This document shows, one piece after another, positions 39,421 through 51,400 of a stretch of 64,000 nt of DNA; within the stretch, counting starts at the first letter, position 1, and each line of letters opens with the position of its first letter. The position numbers were made by a program, and so were the translations under genes. The DNA comes from Vicugna vicugna (Eukaryota), in assembly GCA_013265495.1 (NCBI GenBank), contig MU057865.1:558001-622000 (forward strand). Direction: 5' to 3'. The notes beneath the pieces are model-generated. The model was given only the letters and a program-made list of their open reading frames with translations, did no database searches and was not told the origin of the DNA.

Positions 39421-40718
39421 CATGTGAGTCTCATTCACTTACAACTGAGAAGAAAATGAGGGGCTTTGTAGAGCCGAACAATGAACTGTTCTGTTTACAT
39501 AATTAAGCTTAACTGTAATTCTTTCAAACACCTTTTGGAAGAGTTCAGCTGAGAAAGGCGCTGTTGGTCAGCTGCTTTTGATGTTGAACATGGACTCAGG
39601 AGGCTCAAAGCACAAACTTCTTGCTGAAGGCTCCTGGAGCTATTACCTGGCATGTTCGAGCAGAAGAATACTCTGGGTCGCCAAGGCTCCCTGCGTGTTT
39701 ATAGCTCCATCTCCCGCAGACCGAGTCCTTGTAAATGTCACAGGAGATCATAATTGCAACGGAAAAGAAAGAGAATGTTAGGAGCTTATGAGAAAAGACC
39801 GAACCGTTCCCAGTCGCAGGACTGGAGAGGTCAAGAAAACATCCCTAAGAGCAAGAGAGGTGAAATTTCCACATAGTCAAGAAATTAATGCTGACACCTA
39901 GTCAGCTAAGTAAAGTGCAGAGCGGAAAGAGCTGGTCTGGCTGCGCTTCGGCGTATGGATAGAGCTGTGTGTGTCCAGCCCAAAGAGAATCAAGTGTAAA
40001 GATCATCTTGTCACTGTAAATAAAAATCACCCTGGTGCCCAGGGGACCCAGAGCTCATTCCCGTCTGGTCGGTCCCAGCCAGCCCATCACTGTGCCGTTA
40101 CTGATGGTAATACAGGAAGAGGGTCATTCTCGCTGTGGAACGGGAGGCGGTGGCTGGGCCACGAATGTCCAGTTACATTAACGAACATGAAATTTGGCTC
40201 TGTGAGGGCATTTCTTCCCATGCGCGAAATCTGACTTTAGAGGGTAAAATAAAAGATGATAAAATTTTTTTTTCTTCAGCACCTTTTTTCTTTGGCTATA
40301 GTTGTAGGAGGATGTGTGACGGGAACATAAGAATTCTAGTTTACCATGCAGCTCATACGCACTAAATCTGAGTGTTCATCACAAGGCGGAAATTCTGAAA
40401 GGACTGAAGGTCACTTTTATTGCTGTCTTTCTCACATGGAATAATTCAGAATGTGTTTACCTGAATTTGGGCGGCTTCTGGAAGCCTGGGTGAAGAACTG
40501 CCCAGCTGGGCTCTAAAGAAGGGAAAATCTCTGAAAAGTGTAAGCCTGGACCACGCGATCAATGTCCTCTTTCAAGTGTCCTCAGAGTATTTCCCTCACA
40601 AGGTAAGCAACTCCGCCCCTTGGTGAGAGTTATTTCAAAACCAGTGTGACATCTCTGAGGTCTGGTAACAATGCCGGGCTGGGGAAAGAAAAAAACAGAA
40701 AACAAAACAACCAAACTG

Positions 40719-41283
40719 TGTAGTAGGCAGAATAATGGCCTTTATAGATGTTCATATATCTTATTTCTTTTAACAAACATTAATCTATTAAAAGGCAGTA
40801 AAGAAAACTAGTGAATTCCTGGAATATTTGACTCTATTACAATATAGTATAATTACATTACATTATATTACAAAATTGATTTTGTTCTTTGTAGACATGA
40901 TTAAATTAAGGATCTCGAGACAAGGAGATTATGCTGGATTATCTGATGGACACACTTAAAAGAATTCTTATAAAGGAAAGAGGGAAGTGGGAGAGCCTGA
41001 GAAGACGTGATGCTGGAAGCAGAGGTTGGATGGATGTGATCATCATCTTTGAAGATGGAAGAGGACTATGAGCCATGGAACACGGGCAGCTTCTAGAAGA
41101 CGGAAAAGGCAAGTAACAAGTTCTCCCCTCGAGCCTCCAGAAGAAATGCTAGACTCTGCCTCCATCTTCATTTTAGCCCAGTGAGACTTCTGACCCTCTG
41201 AACTGTAAAATAATGAATCCATAATGTTTCAGCTACTACGTTTGTGGTACTTCGTTAGAGAAACCGTGGGAAACTAATATACA
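40719..41283 (+). mobile_element. MLT1C/D-like MaLR solo LTR (second copy at 43229-43793)
   Basis: tgtagtaggcagaataatggcc start; ggaaaaggcaag..ttctcccctcgagcctccagaag; ggaaactaatataca end. Confidence 0.85.
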
Positions 41284-41540
41284 AATGCTTGTGGAAGGAA
41301 TGTGTGTCTAAACTTGTGGCATCACTTTGTCACCATTTCACATAATCTCACCTAAGGTAATCCTAAAACTTTATGTTAATGCCTCCCTAAAAACTCGTTT
41401 CTCTCCAGTGGACCCAGAAAAAGAAAGCAAGAGTAGGGGAAAGGTTGGCTCATTCATTCCTTTGACTCTATTAAAAGTTGGCAATGTGTATGTATGACTG
41501 AAACATTTCGTACCAGAAATCGACACATTGTAACTAACTT

Positions 41541-42168
41541 TAAGACAGGAAGGAAAGGGGACAGGGCACAGCCATTCAAGAAAGGGAGCAGCAGCAGTTA
41601 ACACCAAAGTGGTAGAAGATTCAACTCCCAGGAGACCTTGATGCTCAAGATGGTGGGAGATTTGACTCCCAGTAGACCTTGAGCTTCATTGTGCACTCAC
41701 TGTAATACATTAGCATAATAAATAACATGCCCACAGGTGCCCTGACAGCTTCTGGGCTGATCATAAAAGTCAAAGAGTAGATGATGGCCCAATTCCTGGG
41801 AATCCCAGCCCCTTCCCCAGGGTAGTTGGAATGGTCCTCCCACTTGTTGGTGTGTGAAGCTACCAATCACATAAAAACTGGCAACCTCGTGACCACCTCT
41901 CTAGCTCCCTTGTCTTCAGAAACGGTCCACACTGTTTATGGAGTGTGTACCTACTTTTACTTTAACCTGAGCACGTAACCCCCACACCTCGTGGCCTTTC
42001 TCTTGCCTTCTGAAAATAGCCTGTGTATTTCTCTGAATAAATCTACCTTTACTCAACTGTGGCTCCCTCTTGAATTCTTTCCTGTGCCAAGCCAAGGACC
42101 CACACTGGGCGGGGCACGTCCCAGGGGCTCCACCATGACCTGGGACATGGCCCTCCTCAAACCCCACA
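41541..42168 (+). mobile_element. ERV1-like solo LTR (second copy at 44051-44678), directly after a short L1 tail (41486-41540)
   Basis: CCAAT plus cataaaaa at 41863-41877; AATAAA at 42036; U5-like cttgaattctttcctgtgccaagccaaggaccc; ends ..cccaca. No clear TSD. Confidence 0.75.
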
Positions 42169-42299
42169 TTCATTTTTCCCGTATCAACTCTATGTCAATA
42201 ACAAAAACAGCAACAAAAGTTGACAAAAGATAAGTCATCCCACTGATGAAGTAGCTATAGATGGGTGTATCTGGAATGATACTGAGCCTGGCTCTGTGG

Positions 42300-42645
42300 N
42301 NNNNNNNNNNNNNNNNNNNNNNNNNNNNNNNNNNNNNNNNNNNNNNNNNNNNNNNNNNNNNNNNNNNNNNNNNNNNNNNNNNNNNNNNNNNNNNNNNNNN
42401 NNNNNNNNNNNNNNNNNNNNNNNNNNNNNNNNNNNNNNNNNNNNNNNNNNNNNNNNNNNNNNNNNNNNNNNNNNNNNNNNNNNNNNNNNNNNNNNNNNNN
42501 NNNNNNNNNNNNNNNNNNNNNNNNNNNNNNNNNNNNNNNNNNNNNNNNNNNNNNNNNNNNNNNNNNNNNNNNNNNNNNNNNNNNNNNNNNNNNNNNNNNN
42601 NNNNNNNNNNNNNNNNNNNNNNNNNNNNNNNNNNNNNNNNNNNNN
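42300..42645. other. Assembly gap (346 N)
   Basis: Run of N. Confidence 1.
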
Positions 42646-44809
42646 GGCTGGGCCACGAATGTCCAGTTACATTAACGAACATGAAATTTGGCTCTGTGAG
42701 GGCATTTCTTCCCATGCGCGAAATCTGACTTTAGAGGGTAAAATAAAAGATGATAAAATTTTTTTTTCTTCAGCACCTTTTTTCTTTGGCTATAGTTGTA
42801 GAAGGATGTGTGACGGGAACATAAGAATTCTGGTTTACCATGCAGCTCATATGCACTAAATCCGAGTGTTCATCACAAGGCTGAAATTCTGAAAGGACTG
42901 AAGGTCACTTTTATTGCTGTCTTTTGGGGAGGTTACACTCTCACATGGAATAATTCAGAACGTGTTTACCTGAATTTGGGTGGCTTTTGGAAGCCTGGGT
43001 GAAGAACTGCCCAGCTGGGCTCTAAAGAAGGGAAAATCTCTGAAAAGTGTAAGCCTGGACCACGCGATCAATGTCCTCTTTCAAGTGTCCTCAGAGTATT
43101 TCCCTCACAAGGTAAGCAACTCCGCCCCTTGGTGAGAGTTATTTCAAAACCAGTGTGACATCTCTGAGGTCCAGTAACAATGCCGGGCTGGGGAAAGGAA
43201 AAAAACAGAAAACAAAACAACCAAACTGTGTAGTAGGCAGAATAATGGCCTTTATAGACGTTCATATATCTTATTTCTTTTAACAAACATTAATCTATTA
43301 AAAGGCAGTAAAGAAAACTAGTGAATTCCTGGAATATTTGACTCTATTACAATATAGTATAATTACATTACATTATATTACAAAATTGATTTTGTTCTTT
43401 GTAGACATGATTAAATTAAGGATCTTGAGACAAGAAGATTATGCTGGATTATCTGATGGACACACTTAAAAGAATTCTTATAAAGGAAAGAGGGAAGTGG
43501 GAGAGCCTGAGAAGACGTGATGCTGGAAGCAGAGGTTGGATGGATGTGATCATCATCTTTGAAGATGGAAGAGGACTATGAGCCATGGAACACGGGCAGC
43601 TTCTAGAAGACGGAAAAGGCAAGTAACAAGTTCTCCCCTCGAGCCTCCAGAAGAAATGCTAGACTCTGCCTCCATCTTCATTTTAGCCCAGTGAGACTTC
43701 TGACCCTCTGAACTGTAAAATAATGAATCCATAATGTTTCAGCTACTACGTTTGTGGTACTTCGTTAGAGAAACCGTGGGAAACTAATATACAAATGCTT
43801 GTGGAAGGAATGTGTGTCTAAACTTGTGGCATCACTTTGTCACCATTTCACATAATCTCACCTAAGGTAATCCTAAAACTTTATGTTAATGCCTCCCTAA
43901 AAACTCGTTTCTCTCCAGTGGACCCAGAAAAAGAAAGCAAGAGTAGGGGAAAGGTTGGCTCATTCATTCCTTTGACTCTATTAAAAGTTGGCAATGTGTA
44001 TGTATGACTGAAACATTTCGTACCAGAAATCGACACATTGTAACTAACTTTAAGACAGGAAGGAAAGGGGACAGGGCACAGCCATTCAAGGAAGGGAGCA
44101 GCAGCAGTTAACACCAAAGTGGTAGAAGATTCAACTCCCAGGAGACCTTGATGCTCAAGATGGTGGGAGATTTGACTCCCAGTAGACCTTGAGCTTCATT
44201 GTGCACTCACTGTAATACATTAGCATAATAAATAACATGCCCACAGGTGCCCTGACAGCTTCTGGGCTGATCATAAAAGTCAAAGAGTAGATGATGGCCC
44301 AATTCCTGGGAATCCCAGCCCCTTCCCCAGGGTAGTTGGAATGGTCCTCCCACTTGTTGGTGTGTGAAGCTACCAATCACATAAAAACTGGCAACCTCGT
44401 GACCACCTCTCTAGCTCCCTTGTCTTCAGAAACGGTCCACACTGTTTATGGAGTGTGTACCTACTTTTACTTTAACCTGAGCACGTAACCCCCACACCTC
44501 GTGGCCTTTCTCTTGCCTTCTGAAAATAGCCTGTGTATTTCTCTGAATAAATCTACCTTTACTCAACTGTGGCTCCCTCTTGAATTCTTTCCTGTGCCAA
44601 GCCAAGGACCCGCACTGGGCGGGGCACGTCCCAGGGGCTCCACCATGACCTGGGACATGGCCCTCCTCAAACCCCACATTCATTTTTCCCGTATCAACTC
44701 TATGTCAATAACAAAAACAGCAACAAAAGTTGACAAAAGATAAGTCATCCCACTGATGAAGTAGCTATAGATGGGTGTATCTGGAATGATACTGAGCCTG
44801 GCTCTGTGG
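42646..44809 (+). repeat. Copy 2 of the duplication
   Basis: Starts at the first base after the gap; differs from copy 1 by about 15 substitutions, a 15-bp indel and a 1-bp indel (counted by eye). Confidence 0.97.
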
Positions 44810-44894
44810 CCTGAGGAAATGTGAGACAGACAGCTGTTCAGCAACAGCTTAAAGGAAAGCACATATGACCACTGCTTAGAAAGGAACATGAGGT

Positions 44895-44928
44895 CACACA
44901 CACACACACACACATACACACACACACA
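44895..44928 (+). repeat. Interrupted (CA)n microsatellite
   Basis: Seen directly. Confidence 0.9.
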
Positions 44929-46049
44929 GAGATTCACTGCGTACTTTAATGTTTACAGAACCTCATCCACAGCACCTCATTTGAGTATCACCACCACCCT
45001 ATCATGTGGATGCTCTTGTCTCCATAGTAGAGATGAAGAAATAGGATTAGAGCTTTTGGAATGCCTTGAACACAGCCTCTCAGCCACTCAGAGCTGGGGG
45101 TGGGTTGGGTATGGGGTCAAAGCTCTCTTCCCTTTACCACACTGCCTCAGGGTCTTCTGATGCCCCATACAGTGGACTCTGAATGGCTCATAATAAACAC
45201 TCAGTAAGTACTTCCAGACAGGACTAGATTGATACTCCTTTTCAGAAACCTTAGAGTCGTGTCTTCCTAGAAGAATTTTAGGCATTTATATTATTTGTAA
45301 AAAGAGCAGAAATGAACCTCCAAGATGAGAATGACTTTTGGAACTTCTACGTTCCAATGAAGATGTCTTTATAATTTCAAAGAGCAGATCATTGCTTTTC
45401 CCTTCCTTGGCTCGTGCAGACCAACCTTAAATCACAGCCCCCTCCCCACCTTCCCTGGCTCCTCAACTAATTGCAAAATAATCACATTATCCTGGTGCAA
45501 GCAAACCTTCTGATTCTGTGTGTGGAAGTAGAGGCAATTTCACATCCCTCTCAAGGACTCCCATGGGCTCCGATCCACCTTCCTTTCCACACAGGCCATT
45601 TCAGGATTCTCCCATGCCTCTCACAGCCCCAAAGCACCAAACACGTGTACGGTACTCCAGCCATCATGATGGGTGGTCAGCTCTCGGTGACTGCCACCTG
45701 GCAATAGAAGCTGGGAGCCAGTTTTGCACATCTTGTGAGATTCAATGACAAAACACAACAAAACAACAACACAACACATTCTCCAGCTGAGAGCAGGGAC
45801 CTGACCCGAATCAGCATGGAGAATGTCACCACCAAGGCTGCGACTAAGCCCAGTGAGCTGTGTCTCATTTCATCTGTCAATCTAATCACGAGAGAAAGAG
45901 TATAATGTGTTGTTTTTCGGGGTGTGAAGTTCTTCATTTACTTACTTAATTGCTGTTTATTTGTTGAGAAGCAGTCGAGAAAACTAGTTCAGACTTGGGC
46001 TGATGCCTTTGTTCTGTTATCAAAACCTGTGAGAGTTTAAGTTTGTAAC

Positions 46050-46205
46050 TTAAATGTTACATCCCAGTTACCTCATCCATAGAATGGAGATAATTATGTC
46101 CAAAATCTCATCGAGTGGCAGTGAGGCTAAAATGAGCTTTTATATGTCAAGTGTTTAGAACAGAGTGAGGCACATAGTAAGTGCTCAGTTAGTGCAAGCC
46201 ATAAA
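46050..46205 (+). mobile_element. MIR SINE (3' part)
   Basis: cagttacctcatccatagaatggagataat..ttagaacagagtgaggcacatagtaagtgctcag. Confidence 0.8.
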
Positions 46206-46564
46206 TGGCACTTTTTACTGGAACTCCATGAAGTGCACGAGTCCCTACTGGGAATTAAAGGGAAATAAATAAAAGAGACAAGAAACTGACATCTCAGTGC
46301 TTCTCCTCTGCATACACAACTTCTTTGAATGGCTTCCCGTTGACCCTCACATTTATTCTAAACCCCCAGAGCCCAGGCTTCATCTCCCAGGATTCTCTTG
46401 GAACCTCACGCTTTACTCAAATTAGACAAATCCACATGCTTGATAACACAACTTTCTTATTTCTAGAGCTCTGTACATGCAGTTTGCTTTAATGGAAAAG
46501 TACCCACTAACTTCTCCTATTAAAATATGACCAGACTGTGTGGTCCATTTCAAAAACTACTTCC

Positions 46565-46770
46565 GGTTAACCATTATATATAAAAATAAATTTTAAAAAA
46601 ACACGTATTTCTTCTGTATGGCACAGGGAACTATATTCAATATATTGTAATAACCTTTAATGAAAAAGAATAGAAAACGAATATATGTATACATATGCGT
46701 AACTGGGACATTATGCTGTACACTGAATGTTGATACATTGTAACTGACTGTACTTCAATTTAAAAAGCAC
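46565..46770 (+). mobile_element. Short camelid-type L1 3' end with 13-bp TSD, inserted into an L2 remnant (~46320-47070)
   Basis: gcacagggaactatattcaatatattgtaataacctttaatgaaaaaga..gactgtacttcaatttaaaaa; TSD aaaaactacttcc (46552-46564) / aaaaactgcttcc (46771-46783). L2 tail cctggtacatcataggtgctcaataaatattt at ~47011. Confidence 0.88.
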
Positions 46771-48419
46771 AAAAACTGCTTCCTCCATAAAGCATTTCTG
46801 GACATTTCCCCCATGAGCCCTTAGAATTAATCTCCCCCCTTTTCAGACTCCCTTGGCACTTTTTATTTGCCTCCTTGTGGTATGTGTCACTTTCTATTTG
46901 GAAGTCAGGGTTTTGAGTCCTTGGTTTATCTCTGCCTCTGGTTTACAAGCTGCTTAGGGGAGAGTCTATGACTAATTTTTCTTTAGCTCCCATAGCATGT
47001 AATTCATGGCCTGGTACATCATAGGTGCTCAATAAATATTTAATGAGTAAGTATTTGTTGAAATGATGAGTGGTGGAAATATTTGTGTTGCCAAGCTCCC
47101 TCTCCATATGTGAGCACGTGCGCACTAACTCTAAATGATATGATGGATTTTTGGTGTATGTTGTATGTAAATCACACAAATGCACGCACACACACACACA
47201 CTCCTCCATGGACAGACTATATTTGAACAATGGCTACACACCACCTGCATAACTATATTTGCATAACATAGAAACAACGTTAATGGTTTGCTAGCGTCTT
47301 CAGCTCCAACCAGCCTCTTGGTGGCCTATACCTGTTCAAATGGTGATGGTTCTTACAGCTCGTGGAATAGAGATTTGTGCAGGTGAAAAGATCCCTCTGT
47401 GACTGAACACCACCAGGTTCTATGGATCTGTATCTCTTTCAGAGAGTAGGAAAGAGGAAAAATAATCCAATTTGGAAAACCTGAAGTGTGAGGTGGGGAA
47501 AAGTAGAAGTTAAATCCGTCCGTGGTGTAAATCGACAGATAAATTAAAAGCAATGACTAGATTGACAAGGGGCAGTGAAGCTGGTAGTCTCTGCGTGTCC
47601 CCAGCCTATGCCAGGTGCCTGAGTTATTTTGTTTTGTTTATTCTTCGACCATCGTCAAGGTGCCAGGTTCTCCTCCTCAGTGGAAATAATTTCAGAAGAT
47701 GAAATCTGTCCCCAAGCCCTGTTTCTGACACAGTTACCATAGAGTAATCAGCAAATACTGCAGTCTTTTGCAGCAACTTGGAATATTACTCATGTCACCG
47801 TAATGTCTCCACTTAGCCAGGATGGCAATTCATTTTAATACTTTTGTCCCAAAAGAAAAATGATTTCGATTTTTCTGATCACACATGAGTTCCACTACCT
47901 ATTGATTTATTTTTAAGTTTTATATTTGTAGTCCTGATTTAAGCGCAAACATAAAATCAAAGAAAGAAAAAAAATATCCAAGCAAAAGAGCAAAGTGGCA
48001 GATAGAGGCAGAAATAAAAAGTTCACATTTGAAACAGCTTATTTTAGAGTTGGAGTGAATGCTCGGGTACTGTAGTGAATGATTAAATGCTAACACTTGT
48101 ACTCATTGCTTTATGAATACCCCCATGTTCTTTAATTCTGTTTTTATTGTTATTGCTGTTATTGGATTTCTTTTCCCTCCCTCTCTTTAGGATAGGGTAG
48201 AAACTTACGAAGATGAAATAAAATAAATCTGGAGGAAGGCAGCTCAGAACTGGACTGTTGGGTCCGTGAAGTTGACAGAGCCTTCCAAGTCATCACTCTG
48301 CCTTCCAAGTCATCACTCCGCTTTTCAGAGAGACCAAAGAAGGACCTCGTGGGCTCTCATGATTGGATCAGTTTGCCCTCATCTTTGCAGATAATTATTT
48401 CACTCATTCCCCATTACTT

Positions 48420-51400
48420 TGTCGAATCGACCCTTTGATCATTATGGCATATTCCTCTAATGCTAATGGTAATCTGGGCTGCAAGTCTACTTTGACTGAT
48501 ATTAATGTAACAAAATTTGTTTTCTTATGCTTATTGTTTTCATGGTTTATCTTTTGTTCATCCTTTTACTTTCGGCCTCTCTGGGCTTTTTATTTTAAGT
48601 TCACCTTTTCTAGACGGTACATGCGTGGCCATGCTTTGTTTACCTAGTCTGACAATCACAACCTTTTCAATCGAGCGTTTAAGTTCTTAGACTTGCTAAC
48701 ATATTTTATTAAATACTGAGTAAACAAAAAGGGTTACTTATAATATGCCTACAGTACAAATATGCCTACAGTTCATTTAAAAATGAAAACATCACAATTA
48801 AATTTGAGACATTCTGTGTGCCCTGCCTTCGTCCCCTTCCCTTCCCACCTGCCCCAAAACCACTCATCTGAATCGTGTGCTTATTTCTCTCATGTTTCTC
48901 TTTATTGTTTTATAATAATTGTAGATACTACTGAACAATGTATTGTTTAGTTTTCTATATTTTTTATTTTTTAACTGTAATAATATACTTTTATGATTTG
49001 CTGTTTTTACTCAGGTGTTCAGAAGTTTCATACATGTTTTTGCATGTATCTTTAGGGTTAGGAAATGTTTTTTGCCATGTGTTAATCAATATAATGAAAA
49101 TGTTTTTCTACTTTACTGTTGGGGCACTTCTGTTGCTTAGATTTTTACTTTTGCAAGCAGTGTTGCTATAAGCATTTAAAAAATTTTATTGCAATATAAT
49201 TGACATAAAATAAATATTCATTGTGCACATTTAAAGTATGCAATTTGATATTTTTTGATATAACTATACATCCATGAAAACATCATCACAATCAAGATTA
49301 GGAAGTACCACGCTCAAAAGTTTTCTTGTGCCCCTTGGCAGTCCTTCCCTGTAAAGTCCCTATTACCAGGCAAGCTCTGGTATGATCTCTGTCACTATAG
49401 ATTAGTTGGAATTTTCTAGAATTTTGTATAAATGGGATCATACAGTACATACTCTTTTGTATCAATAGTTTATTCCTTTTTTATTGCCGAGTAGTGTTCC
49501 ATTAGTGTAAGTCACAATTTGTTTACCTATTCACCTTTGATGGACATTTGAGTCATTTCCAGTTTGGGTTATCACACATAAAACTATGCACACGTGTGTG
49601 CAAGTCTTTCTATGAACACGTGTGTTCATTTTCTCTTGCGGTAAATACCTAGGAGTGAAATGGTGGGGTCATATGATGGTGTATGTTTAACTTCTTAATG
49701 GCCAAACTCTTTCCAAGACAGTTGTATCATTTTACATTCTCATCAGAAGTATTTTGCAGTTGCTCTGCACTTTTGCTATGGGAAATATTTCTAATCACAA
49801 ACGTTCTAATAGAGATGAAGTGCTATCTCATGGCAGTTTGAATTTGTGTTTCCCTAATAACTAACATTGCTGAGTATCATTTCATATGATTTTATTTTTT
49901 GCCATCAATATATCTTTGGTGAAATATTTGTTGAAATCATCTACCCCTTCCTTTTATTGGATTGTATTTCTTATCATTGAATTTCAAGAGTTCTTTTAGC
50001 ATTCTGGATTTAAATCTTTTATCAGATTTGTGATGGCAAATATTCTCTGCCAGTTTGTAGCTTGTCTTTTCATTTTTTTAATAGCATCTTTCAAAAAGGA
50101 GAAGTTCTGAACTTTGATAAAGTCAAGCTAATCCATTTTTTCCCCTTTCTTTAACAAATAGTGTATTTGGTGTTGTAAACAAAGAAATCATTGTTTAAAC
50201 CAAGGTCATATAGATTTTGTCTTAAGCTTTCTTGTAGATGTTTTATAGTTTTAGGTTTTATATTTAGGTTCATGATTTATTAGGTCCATGATTCATTTCC
50301 AGTTAATTTTTGTACATGGTGTGAGATTCCTTATTTATTTATCAGTTATTATTTCATATTTATTTTTAATTTTTTGCACATGGATATCCAATTGTCTCAA
50401 TATCATTTGTTAAGTTTCCCTGGAAGCGTCTTTGAGACTGTCAAGAATTGGTTAAACATGCGTGAGAGAGACTAACCCACTACACTCCACGTAGCCACTG
50501 CTCTGGTTTGACTGTTTTCTATCTATCCAATGCATTGTGTTTTTTCTTTGATTCCTTCTTTCCTGCCTTGTTTTAAGCCAATAGAATATAATTATTGTAC
50601 TTCTTCTCAAGTTATTTATTTGCTTTTTAGTTATACCTCTTTGCATATCTTTTTAAATGATTGATGGGGATTACATTATGTTTCCTTAATTTGTCGCAGT
50701 CTGCTTAGAATTAATTTTGTACCACTTGAAGTAAAATGTAGGAATCTTAAAGTAGTACTGTTTTATTTAGTCCCTTCCCCCACCCCATGCTTCATGGTAT
50801 TACTGTCAAATATTTCAAATCGACATGCATTCTAAACCTCACAGTGAAACACTATTACTTTCACTGTAAACAGTCAGTTATCCTTTAAATTGTGGACAGA
50901 AAAATTGATAACATTTTGTATTTACCCACATATTTACCATTTCCACTCTATTCTGTAAATCTGCGTTTCCATCTGATGTCAATTGCCTTCATGATGAATA
51001 ACTCTTTTGCATTTCTTGTTGTGCAGGTGTGCTGACAACAAGTTCTTTTAGCTTTTATATATCTGAAGATGTCTCTATTTCATCCGTATTTTTAATAGAT
51101 ATTTTCAGTGAGAATACAATTCTAGGTGGATTTTTCTGTTTTGTTTTTAAAGCACTTTAAAGACATCATTTTATTATCATCTGGGTTTCATTGTTTTTGG
51201 TAATAAGTTAGCCATCATTTTGTATGTATGCAATGCACCTTTTTTAATTGGCTGCTTTGATCATTTTCAGCTTCCAGCCGTTTGACTCCAATGTGCCTAG
51301 ATGCCATTCTCTTTATATTTATTCTGCATGACATTCACATAGATTCTTACATCAGTAAGTTGATGTTTTTCACCAATTTTGCTGTTATTTCTTCAAACAC

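Larger units (their letters stand above)
40152..42299 (+). repeat. Copy 1 of ~2.15 kb direct duplication flanking the assembly gap
   Basis: Aligns end to end with 42646-44809; ends exactly at the first N. Confidence 0.97.

Noticed and set aside
42170..42859. ORFs of 133-187 aa
   Set aside because: Artefacts of translating through the N run.
41541..44678. Two near-identical LTRs as the ends of a provirus
   Set aside because: The flanking DNA is duplicated along with them, and there is no PBS, gag or pol sequence between them.
41371..44743. Pairs of identical ORFs suggesting duplicated genes
   Set aside because: They are chance ORFs in LTR sequence inside the gap-flanking duplication.
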